A stretch of DNA of 64,000 bases from Camelus dromedarius. Its lineage: Eukaryota. The position numbers and the translations under genes were made by a program. The stretch covers positions 23,810,001 to 23,874,000 of the forward strand of contig NC_087436.1 in assembly GCF_036321535.1 (NCBI RefSeq). The letters are read 5' to 3'. The notes below the pieces were generated by a model that saw nothing but the letters and a program-made list of their open reading frames with translations, ran no database searches and was not told the origin of the DNA. This document shows positions 50,170-63,092 of the stretch, in pieces (the first letter of the stretch is position 1; every line of letters starts with the position of its first letter).

Positions 50170-50790
50170 GAAAAAGGAGTTGGGATTGTGGGTTGTGAAG
50201 AGTTGATAAGGAATAAAAGTGTAAGCTGAGGAGTAGTAAAAGAGGACGCCATGGGAGGAGAACTGAAGACGGCGAGGAAGCCCCTTGGAGCTCGTTATTA
50301 AGATCTAACCTGTGATACAAGAAGCAGTGGCTAGTCGTTGTAGGTTTCTGAGAAGAGGAGAGTACTATCTTGATCAAAATGACTGTGACAGAGGAGATGC
50401 TAGGAAACAGCACACTTGGAGGACCTGACTGATATGACTCCGGAAATAGATCCAAAGAAAAAGTGAAAGATGAGTGGAAGTGACCATGGGCATGAGTTGG
50501 GACAAGTAAAGCAAAGAGTCATCAAATTTGACTTCCAAGCCTCTAACTTAAAAAAACTGAGGAGAGCCATTAGTTGCTGGTGAAGGGAGAGTTGTCCAAA
50601 GTGGATGGTTTGAACACTGTTTAGCTTGTCTGTTGGACATTCAAGATGTCTTTCAGTGGAGGAATTAAGGACTAAAGCTGTGGGCTTTAGGTTCGTTTAT
50701 GCCCAAGCAGTAGTTGAAAGTATGCGTTGATGAACCACTTCTTGAGGGAAGTCATACGTGGTGAGAAAATATAATGTCTGGCACTAGGTC
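50170..50790 (-). mobile_element. L2 fragment
   Basis: Purine-rich decayed L2-like sequence (tgtctgttggacattcaag). Confidence 0.45.
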
Positions 50791-50997
50791 TGAGATAGCT
50801 AGAATTAATGATTAGGAAAAATGACAAGCATACAAGAAATACTTGTATGCATGTGCATTGGATGAGTGTATATGTACATGTGTATTTGTGTATATCCACA
50901 CATATGTATTTATACAATATCTGAAAACACATTCATTGTAATGTTAACCCTAGTTAGTTTTTTCTAACTACTGGAATTATAAGTGATATTTCTTTTC

Positions 50998-51030
<33 letters not shown>

Positions 51031-51342
51031 GCTCATCTGTATTTCCTTATTTTTCCAGTTGAATATATATCACTTATATAAGTTTCCTCATAGGGAAAAA
51101 TCGTTTTTTAAGTCCTTGGAGGGATGAAAGAAATAGGAATAGAATTTTCAAGATCAGAATAAAAGGGAACCCTGAAATAATGGTCTCAAGATGAGGAAAC
51201 AGAGACCCCAGTAGCTGAGTGATTTATTATTAGGCTTTCAAAATAAGAGCATGAATTTTTTAAAGCTGGGGCTTAAAATATATACATGTCAAGGAGAAGA
51301 ATTGAGTTACCCTCATCTTTTAGAACCTAGACTGATCCAAAG

Positions 51343-51572
51343 CAGCAGTTCTCAACTAGGGATAATTTCATTTCCACATCCCCCAGTGGACAGTTGGGAA
51401 CATCTGGAGATATTTTTGGTTGTCAAAACTAGAGGAAGGGAGAGCTGCTGCTGGCATCTGGTAGGCAGAGACCAGGGGCACTACTGAACATCCTGCAATG
51501 CACAGGACAGGCTCCCAAAACAAAGAATTATTCAGTTCCAAATGTCAACAGTGCTGTGGTTGGGAAACTCTG
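51343..51572. mobile_element. MER20 hAT-Charlie MITE, complete
   Basis: cagcagttctcaac...tctggagatatttttggttgtca...ctggcatctggtaggcagagaccaggg...acatcctgcaatgcacaggacag...gttgggaaactctg; 8-bp TSD atc(c/t)aaag. Confidence 0.88.
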
Positions 51573-52619
51573 ATCTAAAGGGTAGTTCATATTAGTAGCT
51601 ACCATAGACAGAATGCTTTTTGTGCCAAGATTTGTGCTGCGCTAAGCACTTCACGTGAATCGTTTCATGTCATCCTCAGATGACCTGGAAACTCAGGCAT
51701 ATAAGGTTAAGTAGCCTGTTCAAGTTCACATAGATGGCATTGGAACTGGGAACTAAAGCAAAGTCTGTTCAAATTCAAACCTGAGCTCATAAACATTATG
51801 CAATTTTGCCTCCAAGTCGACACTCACAGAGTGAAATGGGAACAAGACAACCAGCTGAAGGTCACATCTGACATTCTGGTTTCATTTTTTTCTACCCTTG
51901 TCAAGACAGTGGCTTCAGAACCACTTTTATTTAAACACTTTTCTGTGTCCGTTCCCCTTCACCCCTCCCTCCGTACCCATCTTCCTGATGTTTCTTTTGT
52001 GAGAGTATTGTTTGCTTTTTTTAGAGGTGGGGGTGGGAGGTAGTTTTGGTTGGTCGTGCAAATGGGGACTGATATGTGTCTGGTCTGCAGGATTTTTGGT
52101 CATGGAGCAGCCATCTGAAAGTGTCCAAAAATTCCCGCTTTATAGCATCATTTAAGCACACTGGCAACAACACAGGCAGACTTTTTATGTTATTCTCACC
52201 CAGCTTCCTGGATCTCTTCATCTTTATCTCCGGATGATGAATTCTTGTCTCCAGCATTCTAGAGTTACCTCAACCTCCTTGCCACTGAAGGACACTGCAT
52301 ATTAAGAACAAAAATTGCATTGCTTTTAAAAACTGTCTTCTGTGGGTCCTTGAAAACATAGATCAACAACTCAGCGGATCTAATTGGCTTGCTTGTCAGC
52401 TGGGAGGGAAGAGTGGCGTTCCCACTATTATGTACATTCATATGTCTCCACTCTGTTGCCTGTACTCACCACTTCTTTTCTGATTGAAAATTAGGATTTT
52501 TAGACTTTTGTCTTACGCATACTGAATTACTATAGACACAAGAATTGGAAAGTACCAATGAGGCTCTTGAATCTGTCTTCCCTTTGCCATGTTTCCCACA
52601 CCAACATGGAATTGAAATA

Positions 52620-52932
52620 CAATCATCCCTCAGTATCCAAGGGGGATGTTCCCAGGATCCCCCATGGATACCAAAATCCATGGATGCTCAGGCCCTTTAG
52701 ATAAAATGGCATAGTATTTGTATATAAACTACACACATCCTCTGTACACTTTGAATCATCTCTAGGTTACATATAATACCTACTACAAAGTAAATACTAT
52801 ATAAATAGCTGCCGTGTGGCAAGTTCTTTTGCTCTGGGGAACTTTCTGGAATCTTTTCCCCACATATTTTTCATCCACAGTTGGTTGAATCCGCAGATGT
52901 GGAACCAACCCACAGATACACAGGGCCCACTG
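52620..52932. mobile_element. MER2-like TcMar-Tigger MITE
   Basis: TA-flanked; ccctcagtatcc...ggataccaaaatccatggatgctca...gttggttgaatccgcagatgtggaacc...gggcccactg. Confidence 0.85.
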
Positions 52933-53329
52933 TAATGAGTCCCAACATTGACATGTATGGAAAGACCATAGTGCATTTCAGAGTGTCCCACCCATGTCCC
53001 ACACATGTCTGTGGCTCCCTCTGGATCACACAAGATTATTTTAAGTAGTAAAATGTCAACAGTAATAAATATAATTAGGAAGGAAATTTGGATAAACCTG
53101 TGCACAGGAAAAGACTTATTTTAGACTCTTTTCCTGTGAGCTTTTTTTTTTTTCTCTTTTTGGTCAGGATTAAATTTCTTTTTAATACCAGTGCTATCAC
53201 TCAAGGGGAAAGAGAATTTATTTGTATCCTTTATCCTGTTTTGATTTTGAGGGAGAAATTTTATGCATTCCTTTCCTATTTCTTTAGACTTGAAGCCATA
53301 AAAACAAAACAGTACCTTTTTTTTTTTTT

Positions 53330-53540
53330 AAGTGAATACAATGTTTCTGGCATTGTTCTACACGGTCTCCCTTCAGGTCTTCATTTATGTTCACCAAGCT
53401 TGTCATAACTGTTATCTGCATTTATATGTGAGAAGACTGAGGCGTAGAAATAGCAAGTGATTTTTTTCCTAAGAGCACTTAGCTAGTAAATGAGAGAGTG
53501 GAGAATTGAACTCAGATCTCTTTGAATTCAGGGCCCAGGC
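53330..53540 (-). mobile_element. MIR SINE
   Basis: gcattttatatgtgagaagactgaggc...agctagtaaatg...gaattgaactcagatct. Confidence 0.6.
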
Positions 53541-54834
53541 TTTGCTTAAATACCGGGCAAACTGCCTTCCAGATTATGTGTTAAACCTGAATTTCAATAT
53601 GGTTTTCTTTCAGAGAGCTAATAGCACTTTCACATGTTAATCTACTCTCATCGTATCAAGCTGAGTAGCTAAGTGGAATGAATTCATAATATCAAATAAA
53701 TCTTCAGTGATCCTGTGGCCAACCTTCCATATATATCCAGTATCCACAGTACTGCCTCTGAGTTCCTGCTCCATGGGGAGGTAGTATCCCCTGAGGTTTG
53801 AAGAGGGTCTGTTATAGCTGCTCTGTTGAATGCACAGTCATCATTTTCCTTTACAGCTGTAAGTACAACCATGTATCAGAAACAGTATCCAGAATTTTGG
53901 TTTAAAAGTATTATGGCATATAGAAACCAGGAACCAGTCCACTGGTTTTTGTATAAGAGTCATGGGGAAGCCAGGCTGTCCCCACAGCGAGGCTGTGAAG
54001 CAGGGAGGAGCAGTGGGCCCAGGAGATGGATGGACCTTAGTTTGAACACTGGCCCCTTGGCTTACCAGCTATGGGGTCTTCCACAAGTTTTCATCTGTAC
54101 TTAAATTTTAAATATTTTTCTTAACTTAAGTTTTCCCATCTGTGAAGTAGGGATAATGATCTACTCAAAGCTAATTTATGTATTATTATCAATTAGCAGT
54201 ATTACTATTTGAGATACGGCATCAGAGAGAAACAGAAACAGTTTTCATGAAAAACTTCCTAATTTGGAATCCTAAATGGAATCCTGGTTCAAATCTCACA
54301 TTGGGTGTTTACTAACTTTGTGCCTGGGGTGGGTCTCTTCAGTTTCTTCACCTGCAAAATGAGACGATAATGCCTGCCTTGCAGGAAAGATTAAATATGG
54401 TGAATGTCAAATATTTGGTGTGGAGCAGAGGCTCAGCAGATGTGAGCTTTAATTAGCATTTTCTACTTAACCAAAGCTGCTGAAGTATTTTCCTAGAAGC
54501 TTAGACCAACTTCCCTAGCACCTTCCAGGCTCATGGGTTCTAACTTTTTTTTTTCTTTTTCGAGTAGCCCATCCCTTTGAAAATACAATGAAAGCTACAG
54601 CAATATCACTAGAAAAAAAAAAAAAAAAGACACATTCCCCAAACAAATGTGGATACCATGACAGGGGATGCATAGACCCTCACCTCCCCTGTGGAATGAG
54701 ATTCCCAGGTTTAGACCTAAGAGTTTAAAAATGTATGACAATCCAAATAGAATTATTTTCTGCTTTGTAATAAGACTTATCATAGTATTCCCATTGCAGC
54801 TTTCCCAGTATCATTAAAATAAAATTCCATTTAC

Positions 54835-54859
54835 AAAAAAAAAAAAAAAAAAAAAAAAA
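54835..54859 (+). repeat. A25 homopolymer
   Basis: Direct read. Confidence 0.95.
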
Positions 54860-55643
54860 CTCCCTTGATCCAGAACATTTCAAGAACACATTTATTTCAT
54901 TAATGGGGACAAGCCTCTTTTTAACAAAACATATTTATCAAATGCCTATTATGTGCCTAATAAGGTGGTGGGTGTTATGGGGAACAAAAGAAGCTTAACA
55001 TGTGGTCCCTGCCCTCTGTGTTTCCTCCTAATTGGAGAGGCAAGTGAACAAGGCAGCGTTAGATGTATTAGTGCTCTATGCTGATATAATCAAGCACTAA
55101 ATTGCGTGTGCTTGTGTGGGTGGGCGCACGGGCCTCACATATCATTCTCTGACCTTGAATTGTACACAAATCATTAGCGTCAAACTGGAGTCGCCGACTG
55201 CTCCCCACCTCGCATCTTTGCCTGGCCGACTTCCATCAGAGCTGCTCCCTCCGTGTCTGAAACACGTTTTAGAAAAGAGAGGGTGAAATCATACAGCTAG
55301 GAAAGGGCAGAAATCTGTAAAGAAAAAAGAGGTCACCTGTCTGTCTCTGGTTCTCCTGGCCGGCGGGTTCCATGTTGGAAAGGATCTGACCCGGGAGTAC
55401 CCAGGCTTCGTGAAACCCTCTCGGTGGCTCACACGACAGCTTCTCTTCCCTGTTTACAGGTTTACTGTGGGGACTTCTGTCAGTGACTGAATCTGAAGAG
55501 GGAGAGGAATGGTGCAAAGAGAAAGGCCTGGCCAGCAAGAAGGGGAATTCAAACATGCTGAAGTTCCAGACTTTGTTCAGTATTCACTGCTGAGATGGCA
55601 CGGGCATTTAACACAGGAGAAGAGCCTCACTGGGTGAGGATAA

Positions 55644-56200
55644 AGGGCACTTCCCCCTAACATTTATGGGCCCAGGGCAAAAGTACAGAGGTGGACTACA
55701 TACTGTCTGCTTCATATTTATTTGTTCTACATCAAGCTATTAAGTAAAATATATTCCATCATCTGACCTTGACAATTGTAACTTTGCAGCAACCGGGAAG
55801 GCCAGGTTTAAATGCAGTGTGGGTTCCCTGGACCACGCAGTTCCCTTCCCATCCCTGGCTCTGTACTGTAGACCACAGGGGCCTCCAACACTTGTGGGAC
55901 CCTCCAGTCCATACCTCCAAGGTCCATACACACCCTCCTTGTCCACTCTTTGGGCTAGGAGGTGCCCACAGCTGTGTGTCTACCTTCCAGAGGAAAGACC
56001 TGGGGAAACAGACTTGAGGCTCCCTGGGCAGGGAACATGGGGGTTCCAGGTGTGCAGAACACAGTCTAGAAAGGAAGACATGGGCTCTTGTGTAGATGAC
56101 TTACCCGGTAGGGAAGGGTGGCCAGAGGAAGACCCAGCTGGGCCCTCTAGAACTGGTGGTCAGGGCAGGGGCCCCTCAATGCCTGTGTCTAAGGCCATAA
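55644..56200. mobile_element. MER115-like hAT-Tip100 element
   Basis: Ends ccccctaacatttatgggcccagggcaaaagtaca and gggccctctag...gggcaggggcccctc...gtctaag resemble MER115 termini as recalled. Confidence 0.62.
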
Positions 56201-57183
56201 CCAAAGGTGGGGAAGACTTAAGGAGGAACGAGTTTGTCACAGTCATTAAGACTGCTCAGTTCACTTGGGGGAAACAGGGGTAAGTCGGGAGCAGCCAAGC
56301 AGAGGGAAGAGAGGTTGGTGAAAAGAAAGGAGGAGCCCAGACCTGGACCACTTCTAATGAAGATAGGGACTCAATTTATTATTGTGTTATTTAGAGAATG
56401 AAAAAAAAACCTGCTTTTACAGAAGCCAAAGGGCTCTATAATTCAATGATGAGATATGAAAGGCGAAAGAATGATGGTTTGGGAGCTAAAAGCAGGGGCT
56501 GAGAATAATTTTCCTGCAAGGTCACCTGGCCCCATCTTGCTTCTGTACCTTGTGACATCTGCCTCCTGTATACTAGCCCCTGAACCCATCCACAGTGAAG
56601 CATTCCACCATTATTTTACTCACTGGAAGAGAGAAAAATTGAAGGTTAATTTTGATTCCCCAAGGAGAAAAAAATTACTTTTTGGAGTATTAAATATGTA
56701 GAAAATTGAATATAAATATTGAAGATTAAACTACACAGAGTATAGTTGCTCTGTTTGAAATTACACTCTTTGAAGAATTAAAGAGAAAAAGGTACTTTAA
56801 ATTTTGCAGGAATATGCTTTGTAGAAATTAAGAAAATTTTAATGATATTTATAATTTATCTCCATTTCATGAATTCTTTTTTTGCTTTATGAATAAAATA
56901 ATTGAGAGATTTAGGAGGGAAGAAAATGAGTAACAATTTCAACTTTATAGCAAAAAAGAAAAAAAATCAAGATGCAACTTTGTGTTACTATTGTCCTAAA
57001 AGTATTTTTATCCATACTTAGCTTTATTCCCAGTCAGGTTAGTAGGCAGGGAATTTGAGAGTCCTTGAGTCCTTTAAACCCCTCTGCATTGTCCCTTTGC
57101 GCCTAAACATGTTGATGGCAGTTGTAAGGGGGAAGTAAGTGAATACAGTTGACTTCTGGTTTTCAAAAATTTATCATTCAAGA

Positions 57184-57317
57184 GGGCGAGGGTATAGCTC
57201 AGTGGTAGAGCACATGCTTAGCATACACGGGGTCCTGGGTTCAATCCCTGGTACCTCCGTTAAATAAATAAATAACTAAATAAACAAACCTAATTACTGC
57301 CCCCCCCCCAGAAAGAA
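57184..57317 (+). mobile_element. Vic-1-type SINE
   Basis: gagggtatagctcagtggtagag...gtcctgggttcaatccctggtacctcc, (TAAA)n tail; 19-bp TSD with 2 mismatches at 57165-57183 and 57318-57336. Confidence 0.9.
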
Positions 57318-58369
57318 AAAAATTTGTCATTCCAGATTTTTATTCATCACAAATAAAGCCAAAGAAAGAGAGTATAAGTAATTATACTGGAGTATGAATT
57401 TGAAGCCAGTCTGAGGCGCAAGCAAATCAGAGAGTTTGTGACTGAGCCCACAGTGGCCCAGAAAGGCCCAGGGTCTGAACCTTCTTTCCACTTCTGTGTT
57501 CCTGCTTGTCATCTACCTCAGAGTAGTGCTCAAGAAATGAGAATTTGTTGTTATTTATCCTACTGTTTAGATTTTCCAAATGTGATTAAGTTCATGTCTG
57601 TCCTTACTTTGAGAGTGATGTCACTGACACCTATGGTAGGAAATGATTTTTGTGGCATACATATTATTTTTAAAACTTAAAAAGTTCTTTCAGTCTTGTA
57701 TTTGTCAAATCATCATTGATCTGAAGGTGTGACCCCAATGAAATATTCACTTATAATTGGTTGTATTTTCTGGGGAAATGTGTCTGTCTGGCAGTATTTG
57801 CAAATTTGGATGTGAGAATGTTTCTGAATGTATTCCCCTCACGTGTCAACAGTTTGTGGTGGATGTGAGGGCGATCTGGCTGCAACAAATACCCCTGATT
57901 CAGCTGATGTGGGTGGCTAGGTGGGTGCCCCCTTCCTCCTGTGCGTCCCTCCCGAAGCTGCACACTCTGTCGAAGAAGACGATCTTCCTCAGTAGAGGAG
58001 GATCGTTCTTCTCCATCAAGGGTACATGAGGAACTGCGCTCCCCTGCTAGAACCTCCAAACGAGCTTTCGAGAGCTTGTGGTACAAGAAAAATGCTTGCT
58101 CTGATATTATCATAGAAGACAGATGAAAGGACAGAGATTAGGAAGTAAACACAAACGTACACAATTGTAATGTATTGCACTTGTAGAACATGTTATGTTC
58201 TTTCAAAATGAAGATTTCGTCTTCCTTTTGAGAGAGGAAGAAACGATATTACTGTGAATATTTCATAGATGAGAAAAAGATACAGAAACATTATGTAACA
58301 TTCAAAAAAATCTCACAGCACACAAATGAACAAACCAAGGCTAGTGATGTCATAATAAAGTTAACATAT

Positions 58370-58600
58370 TTTTAATACTTGAGTGTGAGATGTTATGCTA
58401 AGCATTTCACAAATATTAATTCCTACCTTTACAGCCACCCTATAATGAAAGGTATTACTATATATTCTATTTTGCAGAAGAGGAAACTGAAACTCAGAGT
58501 ATTTAATCACCAGCCTAAGAAGGATCACATACCTCGTAACTGGAGCCAGTGTTCAAATTCAGGTCTGTACGGCTCCAAATCCGAAGCTTTTCCACTCCAT
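58370..58600 (-). mobile_element. MIR SINE
   Basis: tgctaagcatttcaca...tattttgcagaagaggaaactgaaactcagag...gttcaaattcaggtctg. Confidence 0.7.
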
Positions 58601-59068
58601 GTGCAAATTAGATTGGGTCTCCAGAGAGTCCTAGTCCAGTGTCCCTTCTGCTTCTTATATAGGTATTTACTGACTCATTCAGTCATCTGTTCATTCATTC
58701 GTTCATGCACAGAGCAGGTCCTCTTTGCCAGGCACCGTGTTCTGGGAGTAGACACAGAGATGGTGAGGAGGAGTATCCACTCTTACCCAGCACGTGTCTG
58801 GGGAAGCCACTGTGTAGACAGCTAGATTACAGGGTCACATGTGTGGCCAAGGATGAGAGCAAAGGGCGGCATGGGTGGTTGGGGCAGAGAAACTCAAAGG
58901 CACATTTGAGCTGAATAGCAAAGGATGTAGAAGTTGGTCAAAGAGAAAAAGGACTCCAGGACAGGGAACTGGATGGTCAAATCCACAGCAGGGTTTGTTG
59001 CTGGGGATATACTTAGGTGCTGGAGAGGGAGGAAAGAGTCAAAATGTGAGGGGCATTGGTGCCTAACT

Positions 59069-59242
59069 CAGTGCTTTCCAAACTTGCTTGTCCATTAGAA
59101 TGACCTGGAATTTTTTAAAATGTCAAAACCAGGCCACCTCCCAGACCAGTGAACTCACAGTCTCTGGGAGTGGTACCCAGCGTCAGTATTTTCCACAGCT
59201 CCCCAGGTGATTCCACTGTTCAGACAAGTTTGATAACCACTG
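59069..59242. mobile_element. MER5-family MITE nested in an L2 fragment (~58675-59350)
   Basis: cagtgctttccaaactt...aagtttgataaccactg terminal inverted repeats; ctccccaggtgattc internal motif. Confidence 0.78.
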
Positions 59243-61129
59243 GCCAAACAAGCAAGGAAGGACTTAGTCCTGGAGTATAATTAACAGGGGCTTCTAGAAA
59301 ATAAGAGACATGATCATTCTCATTTCTGGAAAAAGTAATTCTGTCCACACCCAGGGAGTGTCTGGAGGGCAGGATAAGCAAGTGTGCCGGGCCTGACGGT
59401 GGGCTGCAGAGGGGCCTGCCCTTTGGTGTTCAAGACCTCGATTCAAAATAAAGACCCTTCTTGACCAAATTTAAATTTCAGGCTATTAACTAAACTTCTG
59501 TGAGTTCAGTTCCCCTATCTGTAGTAGGAATTTGTAGGATCTGTTTTGCTGAATTGTTATAAGGCTGGTGAGATAATATATATCACATATCTGACAGATT
59601 GTGTGGCTTTGGCAAGACACTCATACATATTAGTACCCTTATCCCAGTGGAACAGTGATGGGGAGGCTGTATTGCGGCAGGTTGGTCGGAATTTCGATGG
59701 TAGGATAAAGTTGGAGGTGCAGGGAGAAAAATAAGAAGGAGGAGCCAAGGCTGCTAAGGTTCTAGCGTGAGGGAGTGGATGAAATCCTACAGGGAGAATG
59801 TTCACAGGGAGAGGAGAAGCCGTCAAGGATAAGCCTTTGGGAACACCAATATTTAAGGATTAGGCAAGTGCGGAGGAAACAAAAGGAGGAAAAGAGAAAG
59901 AAGCAGCTGGGAGTCCCGGAGGCCTGAGGGTGGCCACCCGGCAACCCCACAGAGATGTCAAGAGGTCAAGGGCTGGAAAATGACAGGTGAATTGCATGGT
60001 GGTCCCATGTCTGCCAGGGAAAAGGGGAGTTTCCTCTTCAGTCCCAGCAGTTTTACACACACGTGTATACTATGTGTGTTTACGTACGCATAGGTAGGTA
60101 TGTACGTGTAGGCGCGCTCTCAAGACTTATTGGGTGCCCTGTGTGTGATACGTGCGCCCAGCCTGAGCTGGAGCCGGAGCTGAGAGGATGGGTGAAGTTG
60201 TACGTGACTGGGTCCTGGGGCTTCAACAACATAAAGGCAGTGGATATGCCACATTTCTCTTTATTTTGTGGGAGAGCAATGGCTGGCGTGATGAAACAAG
60301 GGGAAAATACGAGAAAGAGAAGATTAATGGACAGAGTGTTGACAGCATCTGCTCAGCCAGGAGCCATCCCTGGAACGTCCCTACCTGTTTCCGTGAGATC
60401 CATTCATAGCAAGTCCTCTTTGGGAACCTTCTGGAATACGGCCATGAGAAAACTCTTTCCAGATGCTTTTCAGAGTGTCCATGAAACCGTCTGCAGAGGG
60501 ACATTCTTTAGGAGCAGAATGATTAACCTGAAGTGAGTCTGCTCCGGATGCTGCTAGGAAAGATTCCATCCTTCCTTCCCAGGCTCTGGGGTCCCGCTCA
60601 GACTCCCACGGGCCACGTCCCTCCACCTCTGTGGCCTGAGAGTCAGTGATTCCAGCAACTCAGGTGTAGAGGTGAGATGTCCTCGCTGACGAAAGGAAAT
60701 CCTTTCTGATGATGCTTACATTTTACACCTTAAAAGACTGAGGGCCTCTCTCCCAAGGCCTCGTGGAGGCAGCATGAGCTTATGCCTGGCTGACCTTGAA
60801 CTCCAGGCACTGCTACAGTGGTTCCCAACCAACCACTGACCAAAGCCGACCCGCCCTGGATAACCCAGGCTCCTCTGAGGGCAGACTGACTCGGGGGCTC
60901 CCCAGGCTGTGAGGCTAAGACCTTCCCACCGACCTTGCCCCTTCACTCGAGGGCAACTTGCATTGTGACCTGACGCCTCTCTCTTCATTTTCTCTCACAC
61001 AAGTGTTTTCCCTTAAAACAAAAATCTTGGCACATTTGATATCATCTTTGTGTCTACATCTTGGAAGACCTGGACAAACAAGCACTGTATTTAAGAGGAT
61101 AAACATTCAAGCTTTCAAGTCAAGTCAAG

Positions 61130-61290
61130 CTTTCACACTCTGCTAATTAACCTCTCTGTCTCAGTTTATTTATTGGTAAATCGGGAATAGTGTTATTGTA
61201 CTTTTTTGTAAAGTTGTGGTGACTATTAAATGAGACAATGCATGTCAATCACTGTTCCTGACACATATTAAGTACTCATTGCTTGTTACT
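61130..61290 (+). mobile_element. MIR SINE
   Basis: ttaacctctctgtctcagttt...gttgtggtgactattaaatgagacaatgcatg. Confidence 0.6.
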
Positions 61291-62379
61291 ACTTTTGAAC
61301 TTAATGCTATTTTCAGGGCTCTTTACTCCAATGTACTTCAAGGTATTTTATATAAAATATAGTAGAACCTCTGCTCACGTTGGTGTCAGAAGACAAGACT
61401 TTTCAAGGTAAAGTCAGAGATGTTCTTCCTGTGAGTGCATATCTGGGGACCTGAACTGACCTACCATAATGGCAGATCCATGGCACACTGAGATGGATGG
61501 TGATTCTAAGGTCTCCAGCTGCCCTTGGATGTTGTGGTGCTATTATGTTTTGCGAGTTGGTGGAGGAATAATGCATGGTGGCGTCCTCAGAGGTGAGGGA
61601 TATACCTCTGTCTTCTGTTTATTTTCACTCTAGCTTCTGGATTCCAGGCTTGTCATGGTAGACGGATAATTTCTCATCATGACTTTATTACAGAACACCT
61701 GACTTCTGATCCAGTAATGATAAATTCAGTCATAAAGGTGGTTCATTTTCTAAAATTCTCAGTGTCCCATTATATCCTCGATCTCGAAAGCATTATATCC
61801 TGAATTTGTTCACCAGTGTAACTGACTTGTGGGAAGCATGGAAGAGCCAACCGAGCAAAGCTGGGCTGATGACAGAACAGTCAGCAGTGGAAAAACTGTT
61901 TGCATATTACCCTAAAACTGCGGGCAGTGCAGGAGCTGCCCGCATGCACCTTCCCTATGGCTTCATATTTCAGAACACAGTACTTCTTTCAACAGTTTTT
62001 ACTGAGTATTAACTCGCTGTGTGGGATGCAAAGAAATATGTGACAAGCATTCAAGGAACTTACAATGAATTCATTTTTTAAAATAAAGTCTCATAATTTG
62101 ACCAAATGGAATAATTTCCACTGGCATGGAAAAAAAAAAATAAGGAGCCAAGAATCATTAGGCAACCCAGCCATAGTTCTGTCCTGGTCACAATTTCATG
62201 AATGACTTGGATAAAGTTATAAAGGGCACGTTTATGTAGTTGGATACGGTGTGGGGCTGGGAAGAATAATGAATACAGTACATCAAAAGAAGGAATGGAG
62301 ATTTAAAGAGAGCTTCACAATTTGGCTGTTGGACAGAATCTATCAAAATAAAGTGTGTCAGGAGTCAATGGAAGGCTTG

Positions 62380-62550
62380 CCGGCTACTGTGTGACTTTAA
62401 ACAAGTTCCTTATCCTCTCTATGCCTTTGGGCCCTTAGGTATAAAATGGGGATAATGGCAGCCCCTACACACAGGCTTGTTCTCAGAATTTAACTCAATG
62501 TGTATAAAGTGCTTACTGTGCCTGTCCCATCACAGATGCTCAGGAAATGT
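62380..62550 (+). mobile_element. MIR SINE
   Basis: ctgtgtgactttaaacaagtt...tataaaatggggataat...tgtataaagtgctta. Confidence 0.6.
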
Positions 62551-62589
62551 AGCAAGTCCTCCTTTCAGTCTGCAGCTGCCTGATGGAAG

Positions 62590-63092
62590 TGTGTGGTAGC
62601 CCAGAAAAGGTGGGGATGGTTCACTGTGACTGGTGCTTGTCAGACCACAGTATGTGGCATATGTCCAGTGAATACCACACTTTACGAGAGAGAGAAAAAC
62701 TGGATTGAGTGCAGAGAAAAGTAGCCACAGTAGTGAGAAAGCTTAAGATCATATGATGAAAGGTTAAAAGAACTAAGTATATTTATCCTGAAGTAGAGAA
62801 GATTCGAGTAGTCCACAATAGCATTTTCTAATATTTGAAAGGTTCACACATTGTAGATGGTTTAGATTTGTTCACTCCCCAGGGGCCAAAGGTGGATATT
62901 TCAGAAAGACGAACTTCAGCTCAGTCTAAGGAAGATTTCGCTAATAATCAGAGCTGCTCAAGGATGGTGACAACTGCTTCAGGAAGAAATGAGGTCCTTG
63001 TCACTAGAGGCGATGCTAAGCAAGGTGGCCATTTGATGAATTGATGAGTGGACTTGGTGACCTTGAATGTCCAGTCTCTGAAATTCTGTGAT
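62590..63092 (+). mobile_element. L3/CR1 LINE 3' end
   Basis: gtcagaccaca...ccacacttta...aaggttaaaagaactaagtatatttatcctgaag...atatttgaaagg...attctgtgat terminus typical of CR1/L3. Confidence 0.7.

Noticed and set aside
6776..61836. Scattered RBPJ/CSL-type (T/C)GTGGGAA sites (e.g. 6776, 20412, 52593, 61829) suggesting Notch autoregulation
   Set aside because: A handful in 64 kb is compatible with chance, some lie in repeats, and I saw no head-to-head paired site
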